DNA of 64,000 nt from Octopus vulgaris (taxonomy: Eukaryota), in contig OX597816.1 of assembly GCA_951406725.2 (NCBI GenBank), positions 83,452,001 to 83,516,000 of the forward strand, given 5' to 3'. The translations under genes were made by a program, and so were the position numbers. Every line of letters starts with the position of its first letter. Within the stretch, counting starts at the first letter, position 1. Of this stretch, positions 30,634 to 45,442 are shown piece by piece. The notes beneath the pieces were generated by a model. It worked only from the letters and a program-made list of their open reading frames with translations. It was not told where the DNA came from and did not search any database.

Positions 30634-31099
30634 CAAGGGTCGGCGAACCGGGGTAAATTACTCCAAGTAGGGTAAAAATGAAATTCTTGGGGTTAATGAA
30701 GATCATTACACACAGGTAAAATTATATAAAAAGACGTGTTCCTTGTCACGACAAATTTTTCTTCTGGCAAGACTACACCTGTCAAGTGTTTAGGAGACGT
30801 CACACCATTTTGAACTACAAACATTTTGGCTGTTAAGGCGTTGTCAACATCATTTCTCCAAAACCTGAAGTGAAAATGGTTCTAGAAAAATCCTTTTGTT
30901 TCATAATGAGTACACTAATTTATTTTATCGCATTTGTTTTATACTTCTTATAATTATAATTGTATTCTCCATATAAATAGTCAATAAGCGTTTTGAATTC
31001 AAAGAATCTATGATTTTCTTTCTTTCAAATCTAGTGGGTAACGTCGGCGTAAATAAATATTTTTGGAGATAATTGGTTAAAAAAGTTCCACGACTCCTG
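30634..31099. mobile_element. hAT (Charlie-like) MITE
   Basis: Imperfect TIRs CAAGGGTCGGCGAAC / GTTCCACGACTCCTG; 8-bp TSD TTCTAGAG / TTCTTGAG. Confidence 0.75.
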
Positions 31100-32122
31100 T
31101 TCTTGAGGATCTAGTGATGCTTGCGTATCGATGAAAGCCTTTTCATATTGACATTTCCTTTCAACTTGTCAGTAAAAGACCAATTCAAAATAACATCACG
31201 GAATGTTAATACTACAGACCTTTATTCTATATACAGTCTAAAACAGATAGTAAATGTGGAAGTTCTTTGAAGTTCTTCGATCGTTTTTGAAAGATCCATA
31301 AAGTACTGTAAATCCCTATGAATATTTGAAGTTCTTGCATTTCTGTGTTAAAGCTAATTGCTTTGAACCGTATGTTACAGGAAAACTTTAAACTATTGGT
31401 TTCTCTTAATTATAATAAGAACTTCAATCTTGCATACAGTTTCACTTCTTTTTTACTTAAGTACTGATTACCTGTTCTCTAAAACTATCAATATAGATGT
31501 GTATTTTTATCATACTTATTCTTGATTTCTACTTATCCTACTGTTACTTTATTCTCATATTTCCGTTTTTCCTGAACCCTCAGTTTCATACATACATACA
31601 TACATACATACATACATACATACATACATACATACATACACACATACATACACACACATACATACAGATAGATAGACAGACAGACAGACTGACAAACACA
31701 GATGCCTGGGACAGACAAGAAAAGTATTACCGTCACAGAAGTCAGCTGTCGTGCTGATACAAATATGTCTTTGAAAATTATAATGATAACTATGGCCAAC
31801 TTATTCGCGACCTCCAGTCTCTATATTCGGTTTACAAATTTACATTTATACCAATAATTACTGGAGCACTTGGTTTTGTAAGTAAATAACTAACTGTCAG
31901 ACTGGATAAGCTTGGATTTTCAGAAAGAAAAATAAATCAACGAACTGACTCGCACATTACAAATACAGTCCGTAAGAGGAACAATAAAACTATACAAGAA
32001 TTCTCTCATGTTTAAAATGTGACACAATTTTCATTGTCTATATTCCAACGATAGAGCTTTGTATCTTTGTTAGAAACCAGTTCCTTCTTCAAAGGAAAAA
32101 TTTAAGTAATTATAAACAGAAA

Positions 32123-32546
32123 ACATACATACATAATACATACATACATACATACATACATACATACATACATACATACATACATACATGCATACATACA
32201 TACATACATACATACATATACATACATGCATGCATACATACATATATACATACATACATACATACATACATGCATACATACATACATACATGCATACATA
32301 CATACATACATGCATGCATACATACAAACATACATACATACATACATACATACATACATACATACATACATACATACATACATACATACATACATAAATA
32401 CATACATACATACATACATACATACATACATACATACATACATACATACATACATACATACATACATACATACATACATACATACATACATACATACATA
32501 CATACATACATACATACATACATACATACATGCATACATACATACA
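32123..32546. repeat. Long (CATA)n microsatellite
   Basis: Directly visible. Confidence 0.95.
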
Positions 32547-32800
32547 GAATGAGAATCAGAAGGTGATGAGTAGAGCTGGCATGGGAAGTTTACAGAACAT
32601 GGTAACTAAGTGGCGAATATGGTTTACTGGCCATGCATTTTGATTACTGAGGAAGGGACATGTTGGCATCGTGAGGGACTGGTCGATGGTAAGATGAAAA
32701 AGATCGAAAGGAAAGCCAAGGGAGCCATGATGGCGATGGGGGTTGGCCCAAGTGGAACCAGGAGAAAGGCGTGTAATCGGGATGTTTGGGAAAGTTATAT
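32547..32800 (+). mobile_element. Decayed RTE-like LINE 3' fragment
   Basis: 'NQKVMSRAGMGSLQNMVTKWRIWFTGHA' resembles the RTE C-terminal RLRWxGH motif. Confidence 0.6.
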
Positions 32801-32926
32801 GTGTATGTAAGTACCTATGTATGCATATCCATACACACATGCACACATATATGTATATACGTATATACATATATATATATCTGTGTATATATATACATAT
32901 ACACAGATATATAAATACATATATAC

Positions 32927-32970
<44 letters not shown>

Positions 32971-33125
32971 GGGTGTGTATTTATATATATATATATTAAT
33001 AAAACAAAGTTATTTCATTCCACACGTGTAGAAATATAGGAAAAATAGAAGCTGAAAATGCACTGAGAACAGTTAAGATATTTTTTATTAATATATTTAA
33101 AGCTTTAAATATGTATACACACACA

Positions 33126-33181
<56 letters not shown>

Positions 33182-33439
33182 TATATGTATATTGAGAGAA
33201 AGACAGAGAGTGTGAGAAAGGTGAGAGTGAGTGAGAGAGATGTAAATAGATAGATAGATATACATATATATCTCTATCTCTCCTTCATAATTCCTCCTTC
33301 TCCCCTCCTCTTGTTGTTGTTCTTCTTTTTCTGCCAAACTCAGAATATTGACAGTATACAATCTCAGTTATAATAATGTTACTATATACATATGTTTGTA
33401 TTGGTATGTGTGCACGTGCGTGAGGTTTAATTGAGGCAT

Positions 33440-33470
<31 letters not shown>

Positions 33471-33538
33471 TTCACGCACACACGTATGGAGGGAAGAAGG
33501 AGTTAGAAAAGAAAGAGATGAAAAAGAGAGAGTGAGAA

Positions 33539-33573
<35 letters not shown>

Positions 33574-35556
33574 GGTAGACAGACAAGAAAAGTCAGATAG
33601 AGAGACAGAGAGCCAGGGAGAGAGAGAACACATCAGAGAGAAGGAGAGAGAGGAGCGATAATGAATCTAGAATGAGTATTACTAAAAAAACAGGCAGACA
33701 GGCAAACAGCCAAACATCTGTGGGTCTCTCACATTCTCACAAGAAAATTCAATTTGTTATACATGGAAACTGCAAACAGAAATGGTGCAGGCTTTGCTTA
33801 ATAAATTTTCTTATTATTTCTTCGAATTCTTTGCCTAATCTGCATGAAAGAGATCTTCTCTGCTAAATCTGAAATGCCAGGACCCAGCTGGTGCTTTTCA
33901 TAAAAGCGGTAAATTTTGAAATTATCCATTGATACTGTTGAGAATTATGATTGAATTCTAGGAAAACATTACGCCACCATAAGATTCGAGATATTCCCGC
34001 TTGTTTCTGTATGCACACAAATATACACACATACGCACGCCCGCACATACAAATACACGTATATGCACTCTCAGACATATTTACATAATACACGTATACG
34101 TATACTCACAGACAAATATATCTACAGTGATATCTACTCCAGTACTCAAAACCGTATTTGCTCATATATAAAACACATGTATGTTTAAACCGACACAAAA
34201 CAGCTACCTATACACACACTCCTATGTGTGTGTGTGAATGTGTCTGTGTATGCAGGTGTATATGAACATTATGTGTTATATATATATATATTTATATATG
34301 CGTGTAAGTGTACATGTGGGGAATAGGTTTTAACTACATTAATATATCGTCGAAAGCACGAAGAATCTCCAGCTTTGACTTATATTATGAATTTCTTGAA
34401 TTTTCTTAACAATGCGTTGTTTCGGTTCGAACAATATATTTGTGAAGTTCACTGGGTGAAATATTCTCAGGAAAAAAATTATTAAAAGCAGAAGAAAAAA
34501 CAGAGATTTATCGAAATATTTACTGCTACAAATACCACGTAAAAGCCCTGTTAAATATTTGTTTATATTTACAAAATTGTCCGAAGATTCTATGAGAATA
34601 TTTTGTATGTTCTAATATTCTATATGAATACTTTCTATGTTAAACACACGAAGAACATAAGATGGTGAAACAACTAAAGGATTTTGAATTATATTCCAAG
34701 AATATGCGACCAATGCATGTTTTCTTAGAAAGTTTAGAAGCTGGTCAAGGAATTCTTTTTTCCAATGTACATATGAGGCTACTAACTAAATATGAAGTGA
34801 CCAATATGACTTAGAATTCCAATCTCAATGTCACCTTCGTATTTCTAGTCGTTACATTCAACATACGAGTAACACACTTCTTAACGGCTGATCTTGCATT
34901 TACAAGTTGAAGAGAAAGATATTTGTTGATAACACAACTATCTTATATGTAATTAAAAAAACACCAGATGGTTAGTCGCAAAAGCTACATTATTAGCGGC
35001 AAATACAAAGAAACCTGAAACTCGACACACAATGCGCATTTTCCCAATAAACTAAAGCTATAAAACTTACATACATATACTTCATCAGTGAATTGAATTA
35101 GATATCAACAAACAGTGGCGGTAATAAGAAACATGAAATATACATGCAATTGTTTCTATGATGTTTGCCAAAATGATGAAACGCTAAAAGTGGCATTAAC
35201 AAGGGCTATTAAAATCATTTCTCTTGCAAAGAAAACGAAAATAATACTGAAATGTCGATGGACTGAAAAAATATTACTTTGAAGAAAACATAAAGGAGAA
35301 TCCTTGACTACCTGTAGTTGTTTTATTTAAAAAAAATTTTTGCAGTTTGGTTTGAAATATTCTTGAACTGATCTCGATGTTATATTTTGTTCTATCCCGA
35401 GAAGATTATTATACCAATAATATTCAGGACATTGATGAGATTGATCGCAAATAACGATACATTATTTTGACAAATCTAGTTGGTTGATTGGTTGACCAAA
35501 AGATTAATCAAACAATTGATTAGTGAATTGATTAAATGATTAGATAACAACAACAA

Positions 35557-35645
<89 letters not shown>

Positions 35646-35658
35646 ATTATAATAATAA

Positions 35659-36160
35659 TGGACTTGACAGAGCAAAAAATTGGTACGACCACAAACCTGA
35701 AGGCATTGTCGAAAATAGAAATGCAAAAGTCCTATTGGGTTTTATGATTCAGTGTGATCAGAATAGGAAGCCGGACATTGTCTTAATTGAGAAAGAAAAC
35801 AAACTATGCTGGATCATAGACATAGCATGCCCAGCTAACGACAAGGTATGCGATAAGGAAGAAAGAAAAGTCGAGAGATATGACAGGTTAGCTTGGGAAG
35901 TTAAGCAGTTGTGGTCGAGAAAAAAGGTAGCAGTAGTACCAATAATTGTCGGAGCCCTGGGAACAGTGAGCACAAATCTCGAGAAGTACGTAGAACAAAT
36001 AGGGGCTGCAATAAAGGTGGTGCACTTGCAGAAAACAACACTGCTTGAAGCCGCTCGAATACTCCGGAAGGTGCTCGAAAAATAAGAGGTGTTATATTAG
36101 TTCACTGGTAATGAACAGCTGACACCATAATACATCTCCAGCGTTAGAAACTCTGCAAAG
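35659..36160 (+). mobile_element. 5'-truncated REL-LINE (endonuclease domain plus 3' UTR)
   Basis: 'WYDHKPEGIVEN', 'RKPDIVLI...IIDIACP...K.ERY', 'VVPIIVGALG'; lies between (TAG)n and (TAA)n. Confidence 0.9.
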
Positions 36161-36184
36161 GCAATAGTGATAATAATAATAATG

Positions 36185-37200
<1,016 letters not shown>

Positions 37201-37310
37201 AAAAAGTAATAATAATAATAATAATAATAATAGTAATAATAATTCTTATTATTATAATTCTTCTTCTTCTTCTTCTTCTTCTTCTTCTTCTTCTTCTTCT
37301 TCTTCTTCTT

Positions 37311-37341
<31 letters not shown>

Positions 37342-37404
37342 TTCTTCTTATTATTATTATTATTAATATTATTATTATTATTATTGTTATTGTTATTATT
37401 ATTA

Positions 37405-37680
37405 TAGTTCAGATACCAGGAACCCCCAAAATGGCAGAAATTCAAAAGATAGTGTGCATGGAAACTGCCCATATCCTACGTAAAATACTGTCTATGTAAT
37501 CTCAAATTTATAACAAACTCATAACTTTCTTGTTTTCTTAAGCATTCTCTAGAACAATACTATGTGCAAAACCAAATATATGACACCCTAGGCATAACAC
37601 CACCATGAAGTTCTAACTTGCCTCTTTAGATCTCTGAAGTCAACTTGTACAAATACAAAGCAAAAGTCAAACACGTGATA
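37405..37680 (+). mobile_element. REL-LINE extreme 3' end plus UTR
   Basis: 'QIPGTPKMAEIQKIVCMETAHILRKILSM*', ending in ATAATAAT. Confidence 0.85.
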
Positions 37681-38630
37681 ATAATAATGATCCTGCCTTA
37701 ATAGGAATTCTTTTAACTCAGTGTATCAAATACAAACGAATAATTGCCTGTGTAACTGTAAAAACAAAATTGTCTGCCCTTTAATAAATCGGTGTTTAAG
37801 GAAAAATATTGCATAAGTCCATATGCTACAATTTGGAAATGATTCTTATTCATATAATTAACGAAGAAAACTTAATTGTATTAATCTTAGTAAAAGCATT
37901 TGGAATTTAAAAGATAGAAATATTAGCTATGATTTAAATTGGTCCACTATTAATTATGTGCCATCGTACAATATGGGAAATTCTACATGTGTTTTTTCCC
38001 CTGAAGAAATGTATTATATAATTCTAAATTAATTTTATTAAATTTTAACGAGAGTTTCACAATGAAATTTTGCCACAAATTTCGAAAGGCATTTAAATAT
38101 TTCAATCCTGAATTAAAATTGCTTTTTCTATATTATATAATAAGCATAAGTTTTCTAAAAGAGTTTACTATATTTGATAAGTAGATAACTAATTGTTGTG
38201 ACGTAAAATATCTAAGTTTCTAATTGTCGTAACGTAGAATTCTTATGTTAATTAAAATTTTTTTGTTATTCACTGACGTCACCAAGAGTTGACTGCCAAA
38301 ACAGATTTTTTAATATCATATTTCTTCTTAGCGTTCTTTATGTACGCGTTCAATGTACTGGAAATAGTTCCTTATTTCACCTTGAATTTAACTAATTTTG
38401 GATCGCCTTGGAACCGTTGCGTTAATATGAATTTTCTGAAATATAAATTTCAATCACACTTTTTTTATATCTAAATAATTTAACCCAAAGAAATAAAGTG
38501 AATTCTACAATTGTGAGGTGAATTCTACAATTAAAGATATGATGTTCTCTATACATAATTTTGTTGTCACATATACAGGGTGCTGCGAATAAATTGTCGT
38601 CTAATTTGCGCAAAATATTTTGATTGCTCG

Positions 38631-38689
38631 ATAACTGAAGAGATGCCAGTGTAAGTTTCCGCCCCGACATCCGAAACTCGGAGTTTTAT
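38631..38689 (+). ncRNA. Type I hammerhead ribozyme motif
   Basis: Stem I ATAA/TTAT; CTGAAGA; stem II GATG/CATC; GAAAC-TCGGA-GTT with near-palindromic stem III. Confidence 0.65.
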
Positions 38690-38731
38690 TATGGCAACCG
38701 AATAATTGTCGCATATTATATTACAGATAAA

Positions 38732-38789
<58 letters not shown>

Positions 38790-38790
38790 A

Positions 38791-40473
38791 AGCCTCTATA
38801 CTGTTATCCCTCACCACGAAGGACTGCAGGCCCTTCGACACTTTCTTGACCTCCGCTCTAACCCTGTACCTGACACCTCCACACTCATTCGTCTGGCCGA
38901 ACTTGTCCTTACTCTGAACTGCTTCTCGTTCGCGGGCGAGTTCTACCATCAGGTCTCGGGAGTGGCCATGGGAACGCGAATGGGCCCCAACTATGCGAAC
39001 CTGTTCGTTGGCTATGTTGAGGCCCAAATATTCTCTAATTTCACTGGTCCCACTCCTGAACTATATGGTCGTTATATTGACGACATTATCGGTGCCACCT
39101 CACTCTCCCGCGAACATCTAGATTCCTTCCTCTCTTTCGTCCAATCTTTCCATCCAGCCCTCCACTTCACTTCCACTATCTCCAACACCTCTGTCTCCTT
39201 CCTCGACATTTCGGTTAGCATTCTTCACTCCACTCTTACCACCTCCATTCACTACAAACACACAGACTCACACTCATACCTCAACTTCTCTTCCTCCCAC
39301 CCAGAACACACCAAGCTTTCCATCCCCTATTCCCAATTCCTCCGTCTACGTAGGCTCTGTAGTGACGACCATGACTTTGAGACTCAGTCTCAACGTATGG
39401 CTCACCACTTCACCCTACGTGGATACCCCCTCACCACTATCCACACCGCCCTTGCCAGAGCAGGGTCCGTGGACCGTGTATCTGCTCTCTCTCCCCGAAC
39501 CCGCCCTGTAGTCTCCCGCCTCCCTTTTCCCCTCACTTACCACCCCACGACCCTACGTCTCCAACGCACCATTCTTCGAGCTTTCCGTCATCTCCAGTCC
39601 GACCCGTCCACTTCACACCTCTTCCCTAACCGACCCCTCCCCTCTTTCAAACGAGCCCACAACCTTCGAGACCTTTTGGTCCATAGCTCCTTCCCTGACC
39701 CTACCTCCCAACCCGGCTCGTTCCCCTGCTCCCGCCCACGTTGCCGCACTTGCCCTTACCTCTCCAACACCACCCGCCTCACTAGCACCCACCATCGACC
39801 CTATCCCATCATCCACTCCTTCACCTGCACCTCCAGCAATATTATCTATTGCATCTCTTGCTCTCTCTGCAATTCCTTGTACATCGGACAAACGGGACGC
39901 CGCTTGGCTGACCGGTTCGCGGAACACCTTCGTGACATCCACCTTGCGAACGACACACCGGTCTCACGCCATTTCCGCTCCACCGGTCACTCCTTGCAAC
40001 ACCTATCTGTGTTCGGTTTGTCCTTACACAGAGGCCATCCGGATTCCCGTTTGCGCCGTGAACAGGAATTAATCTTCTCTCTTCGCTCTTATACGCCATT
40101 TGGTCTCAACTCTCCCCCCTCCTCATCTAACCCCCCTCTCCCCCTCCTCACCTATCCTTTCTCCCCCCGACCCCTACTTCTTCAGTCCTTCATCCTTTCA
40201 CCCCTACTCCCCTTCCCTTCTTCCCTCTTTCTCCCTCCCTCTTCCCCTTCCCTCTGCTCCCTCACTCCCTCTCTCCCCTTCTCTCTCCCCCTCTCCCTCT
40301 TTCCTCCTTCATCCCCCTCATCCCCTTCCTTCTCCCCCATCCTCTCCTCTCCCTCTTCTTCCCCTCCCCTTCTCTCCCCCTCTTCTCCCCTCCCCCTCTT
40401 CTCCTCACTACACCACATGACTTTACACATCACATCACATATGATGTGCCATACTAATACACACACCAACTAA
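38791..40473 (+). CDS. Penelope-like reverse transcriptase / GIY-YIG endonuclease (N-terminally truncated; genuine C-terminus probably near 40120)
   Basis: 'SLYTVIP', 'GVAMGTRMGPNYANLF', 'RYIDD', 'FLD', 'Y.NFSSSHP', Cys linker 'CSRPRCRTC...FTC', 'IIY...YIGQTGR.L..RF.EH', 'GLN'. Confidence 0.93.
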   Translation, partial: SLYTVIPHHEGLQALRHFLDLRSNPVPDTSTLIRLAELVLTLNCFSFAGEFYHQVSGVAMGTRMGPNYANLFVGYVEAQIFSNFTGPTPELYGRYIDDIIGATSLSREHLDSFLSFVQSFHPALHFTSTISNTSVSFLDISVSILHSTLTTSIHYKHTDSHSYLNFSSSHPEHTKLSIPYSQFLRLRRLCSDDHDFETQSQRMAHHFTLRGYPLTTIHTALARAGSVDRVSALSPRTRPVVSRLPFPLTYHPTTLRLQRTILRAFRHLQSDPSTSHLFPNRPLPSFKRAHNLRDLLVHSSFPDPTSQPGSFPCSRPRCRTCPYLSNTTRLTSTHHRPYPIIHSFTCTSSNIIYCISCSLCNSLYIGQTGRRLADRFAEHLRDIHLANDTPVSRHFRSTGHSLQHLSVFGLSLHRGHPDSRLRREQELIFSLRSYTPFGLNSPPSSSNPPLPLLTYPFSPRPLLLQSFILSPLLPFPSSLFLPPSSPSLCSLTPSLPFSLPLSLFPPSSPSSPSFSPILSSPSSSPPLLSPSSPLPLFSSLHHMTLHITSHMMCHTNTHTN

Positions 40474-40948
40474 TACATACTAATACGTACTAATACATAC
40501 TAGTACATACTAATACTTACACCAACCCTATACATACACACGTCCAGACCTCTCATACGCACTTATACTCTCTCTCACACACACACACACACCTATACAT
40601 ACCAATACGTACTAATACATACTAATACATACTAATACATACACCAACCCCATACATACGCACGTCCAGACCAATCTTACGCACTAATACTCTCTCATAC
40701 ACACACACACACCCATATACATACTAATACATACACCAACCCTATACATACACACATCCAGACCCCTCCCACGCACTTTTAGCTGGTCCCTCAACCCATT
40801 TATCAACCCTATTATCTCCCCTTATTTCGCTCTCGCGTCTCATGTTTGATCTTTGACCTCTGGCCGAAATCAGATCGCCATGTTGATTCGTTAGCTACTG
40901 CACGCATTTTTTTCTCTCCTTCTTTCTGTGTTTTTCTCTCTCTGTGTA

Positions 40949-40986
40949 TCTTTCTGTTGAAGAGCGTAGGCTCGAAACGTTAAAGA
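40949..40986 (+). ncRNA. Variant minimal HHR in the Penelope pseudo-LTR
   Basis: TCTTT-CTGTTGA-A-GAGC-GTAG-GCTC-GAAACGTT-AAAGA; core carries A6>U. Confidence 0.65.
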
Positions 40987-41090
40987 CTTGTTTTATTTAT
41001 ATTTCCTGAGCGCCATACTAATACAATTGTTCGTTTGTTTTCCACCTGCCTTCGTCTTTTGTTTATTTTCATAAAGCTTCCCGTTATATA

Positions 41091-41133
<43 letters not shown>

Positions 41134-41238
41134 GGCTCTTTTTCGATTCACCACCCTTTTTCACTGCAGCCGCTGACAGGTTGTGCTAATCCACCACCGA
41201 CACTAGCGAGCAGTCACCATATTCCTTTCCATATCGGC

Positions 41239-41324
41239 TAACTCTGATGAGCGTAAGGTTATGTAATCAGATTGTTACTTAACACTCCATTGTATTCCTA
41301 GCGCGAAACCAATTGGTAAGATTA
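41239..41324 (+). ncRNA. Canonical type I hammerhead ribozyme
   Basis: CTGATGA-GCG.TAAGG...CCTA.GCGC-GAAAC-CAATTG-GTA; perfect palindrome ACCAATTGGT; stem I TAACT/AG(A)TTA. Confidence 0.75.
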
Positions 41325-42054
41325 ACTGTGATAGACATATAGTACTATATATTTCGGATAATACACACATACACATATACACACACGCATACCTACCCAA
41401 ACACACACACCTAGCTACACACACACACACACACACACACGCATATATAAGCGCATAATAAGGTATACACGTTTCACACACGTAGTACTTACAGTAACGC
41501 ATATAGTTGCATATGTACGAGTATACATACGCATACACACTTATGCAAACACACCAACACACACACATACACATATGCACACACTATAACCGACACATGC
41601 GCTCTCACATGTGCCATGTATCAGTGAGTTTGCATGATAAACTATGAAGCACGCTCAGATAATTATGGTGACAAATTGAATACAGAGCAAAAGGAGAGAG
41701 AAACAAAGTGGGAGAGGGAGAGATGATGTGAGAGAAAGTGATAGAAACAAAGGCTAAAGAGAGTAAGTGACGTGGTAAAAAATATACTCAAATGATATTT
41801 AAAACTGAATAAATAATACATATTCCATCAATATTAAAAACAATATAAAACATCTGAAGAAGATAGTGGTGAAAGAGGGTAAGTATAGTATATTGCAAAA
41901 ATACGGTAGAAATTAATGGTAAATGTGAGGAATGGAAGAGCCATTGTAGAAGCAAGTGAGACGATAAAAATTCTCAAAGGAACAGAGGTGTGAGTGATAG
42001 AAGAAAAGATAGAGTGGGAGAATTACAGAATGAAGATGATGCTTGATAGGCGAA

Positions 42055-42101
<47 letters not shown>

Positions 42102-42232
42102 TCTGCCTCTGCCTCTGCCTCTTTATATACACACACACACACACACCAATGTCATACTTGATGACTATATGTCATACTTGATGACGCACAAGCTGCTTCG
42201 TTCGTACGTATACATACATACATACATAATAC

Positions 42233-42280
<48 letters not shown>

Positions 42281-42283
<3 letters not shown>

Positions 42284-42431
42284 CGCAGGTGTGCTGTGTA
42301 GTAGGGAGCTTGCTTCTCAGCCACATGGTTCCGGGTTCAATCCCACTGCAAGGCACTTTGGCCAAGTGTCTTCTACTATAGCCTTGGGCAGGCCAAAGAC
42401 TTGTGAGACGGCAACTGAAAGAAGCCTGTCG

Positions 42432-42507
<76 letters not shown>

Positions 42508-42690
42508 TTTCCGCGCCATCGCTTGACAACCAATGTTGGTATGCTTACGTCACCGTAACTTGTAGTTCGGCAAAAAATACCGATATAATAATTACTAGGC
42601 TTACAAGCAATAAGTTCTGGGGTCGATTTGTTCGACTAAAAGCGTTGCTCCAGTATGGCCACTGCCAAATGACTGAAACAAGTAAAAGTA
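42281..42690 (+). mobile_element. SINE family A
   Basis: Consensus match with internal (TA)n(TG)n. Confidence 0.9.
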
Positions 42691-42731
42691 TATATATATG
42701 CATGTATATATATATATATATATATATATAT

Positions 42732-43036
42732 GTCACGTGATCACGTGACCGACCAGATCATCAGATGTAGTTACACATCGCTGGTCACAATGCGTTCGCA
42801 TTGTTTTAGCTTTCGAATGACGCCACCCCGCTGGCTAAGCGAGCAGGCCGACAGAAGAAAGAGTGGGAGAAAGAGTGGTGAAAGAGTACAGCAGGGATCA
42901 CCACCCCCTGCCGGAGCCTCGTGGAGCTTTTAGGTGTTTTCGCTCAATAAACACTCACAACGCCCGGTCTGGGAATCGAAACCGCGATCCTGCGACCGCG
43001 AGTCCACTGCCCTAACCACTAGGCCATTGCGCCTCC
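42732..43036 (-). mobile_element. SINE family C (variant 3' half)
   Basis: Reverse complement of the head and body at 18726-18900. Confidence 0.85.
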
Positions 43037-43602
43037 ACATATATATATATGTATTTGTGTCAATGTATGTATATATATACATTTAAACATATATGTATGT
43101 ATATATATTTACAATGAGAGAGAGAGAGAGAGAGAGGGTGGGAAAAAGATATGTATATGTGTATATGCATGTATTTATGTTTGTGTATATATATAATATA
43201 TATATATGCATATACACATACATGTACATACCTATATATATATTTGTGTATGTGCAGATGCATATATGTGTACAGAGCGTAAAAAACGTAAACAACATGA
43301 AAAACGAGAGCATTTAATACGAAAAAATGGAAAACAAACTTTTTTGCGAACAACGAAAGAAACAAATAGAAAAACAAGACAATATAAAAACAAGGCAATA
43401 TAAAGAACAGTCCCTTCATCAGTTGTCCACTGTTTTATCTACTCTGCATTTCGAGCAGTAGGACAAGATGCGTCTTCGTCAAAACAGTTGCTCCCGCAAA
43501 GCAAATTAAATAAAATTTGGTATTGCGGAGGTAATTTGGTAACTGCTAAACCGTTAAATTGTTCCAGAAACGAACCATTTCAACTTTCATTTACAGTTAC
43601 AT

Positions 43603-43951
43603 GTTGCTGGATGCCAATATCCCTGGAGATTACATCAGGGTAGGAGAGTGTGCGCCCTCTGGTATTGCGAGTAGATGGCTTCCAGAGGAGGAGAGTAGAA
43701 ATTACCGCTTTTTCCAGCTCTACAACAATGCTACAACAAAGAGATGACACAGGTGGTAGTTTCCCATATATTTGCACTTTGGTTGGATGGCGCCTCCACG
43801 AGAGATTTTGAGCTCTCATAAGGAGGCGAGTGTAGGTTCCATCCAACCGCCTCTCCAACCGACCTCCATAATGCCATGATGGACCGTGAAGTCTGGCGTA
43901 GCATGGTAAATTCCATTGTCTCGACCACGGTCGAACAATGATGAATGATGA
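43603..43951. mobile_element. RTE-type LINE 3' fragment with a 5' inversion
   Basis: Minus strand 'RLDGTYTRLLMRAQNLSW...DVISRDIGIQQ' continues on the plus strand as 'DLHNAMMDREVWRSMV' + (TGA)n; TSD TACAGTTACAT/TACAGGTACAT. Confidence 0.85.
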
Positions 43952-45175
43952 TACAGGTACATATTGATTTTTCTGGACACTATAAAAACTTTTCAAAATC
44001 TGGTTTGGGTTTTCCATAAAAGTTACCCATATGCGATGAACTTCTACACATTTCATCTGAATACTATTCAATAATCAGGCATTGCTTGCTTAAATCGACT
44101 TTACCATATACCAAAAGACACTCGAATCGCAGGACGTCACACAGTGCGATCGAACCCCTAAGACTCGTGGTTACAAAACGAACTTATATATTAATTTATT
44201 TGTTTATTCCTCAGCCCCCCCCCCCCACACATGACTTATCTGTTACTATATTTTTAGCGTTCAAATATAATCCATTAAGTCTAAAACAGGACTCACTCGA
44301 TGAATCTTAACTTTTTTCCTTTGAAATGTCTTTTCCGACAGCCGCCATTTTTTCTTTCATTCACCTAACATTTTTTCCTTCTGTCCATTCTCTTTTATTC
44401 TTTCCTTTTTATTTCTTTCGTTTCTTCTCACTTTTACATTTTTGTTTACTTATATTTTTATTGCTGTCTGATTTATTTTTTGTTTTCATTCAGTCTATAT
44501 TAATTTCGCACTTCTTTCTTTACATCTTACTTTCTGTCATTCCTTCTTTTCTCATCCTTTATTTTGTGCGTTCATTCTTTCTTTTCCTTTCTCTCTTTCC
44601 ACTTATTCTTTGTTTCTTTTCTTATTTTATCTTTTCGTTTTAATTCTCTTTCTTTTTTTATTCTATTTTCCCTTCTTTTTCTTCTGTCTTTATTTCTTTA
44701 TATATGTCGTTTTTACAACTTTCTTTGTTGTTTAATGTCCTTCTATATACACATGTACAGATACATGTGTGTATATACACGCATAAAAACATATGTACAT
44801 ATACTTACATATATATGTATGTATATACAAAGACACACACATACACACATATATATATACGTAGACAAATATGTATGTATGTATATATGTATGTATGTAT
44901 GTATACATCCATCGTTGCATCAAAACGCAGCTGATCGGAATTATACGACGTGGAGACAGTTTTATCCATTCTGTTACAGCCTTCAAGATGGGAAAAAGCA
45001 GTAAAGAAACTAAAAAACGAAATGTGCAGAAACAAACAAGAACATAACAAAAAGACGAAACGAAAACAACAACCCCACACGCGCGCACACACGTAATATA
45101 CATACATATAAATATATATATGCACATGTATATATACATACATACATAACACATTTATATATATATTTGTATATA

Positions 45176-45225
<50 letters not shown>

Positions 45226-45442
45226 AAACTAATGTAGGATAAAATTTGTTTTAGGAAAATATTTTTATTAACGGCCAGCATATCAAAAAATACCTTTAAA
45301 GGTCAAATTTACAAATATTTTACAAAATAAGGGCAAAAGAAAAAATTCTATTGCCAAATATGCCGAAAAAAGACAAAATTGTCAATAACCATTATAATTT
45401 ATGCGTCTCGAAACAAACCGATAGAAATTTCTAAAAAATCCG

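Larger units (their letters stand above)
38787..41088 (+). mobile_element. 5'-truncated Penelope-like element in (TA)n
   Basis: RT + GIY-YIG ORF, pyrimidine-rich 3' region with tandem repeats, terminal HHR, (TA)n on both sides. Confidence 0.95.

Noticed and set aside
38791-40120. Possible selenoprotein-type (UGA-recoding) PLE
   Set aside because: No in-frame UGA in the visible ORF.
40120-40473. Pro/Ser/Leu-rich C-terminal extension of the Penelope ORF
   Set aside because: Read-through into a polypyrimidine 3' tract after the GLN motif; unlikely to be genuine protein.
40450-40770. CRISPR-like or regularly spaced repeats
   Set aside because: Ordinary tandem duplications in the PLE 3' region with no unique spacers; eukaryotic context.
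41850-41885. CTGAAGA...GAAA
   Set aside because: No stem II or stem III pairing.
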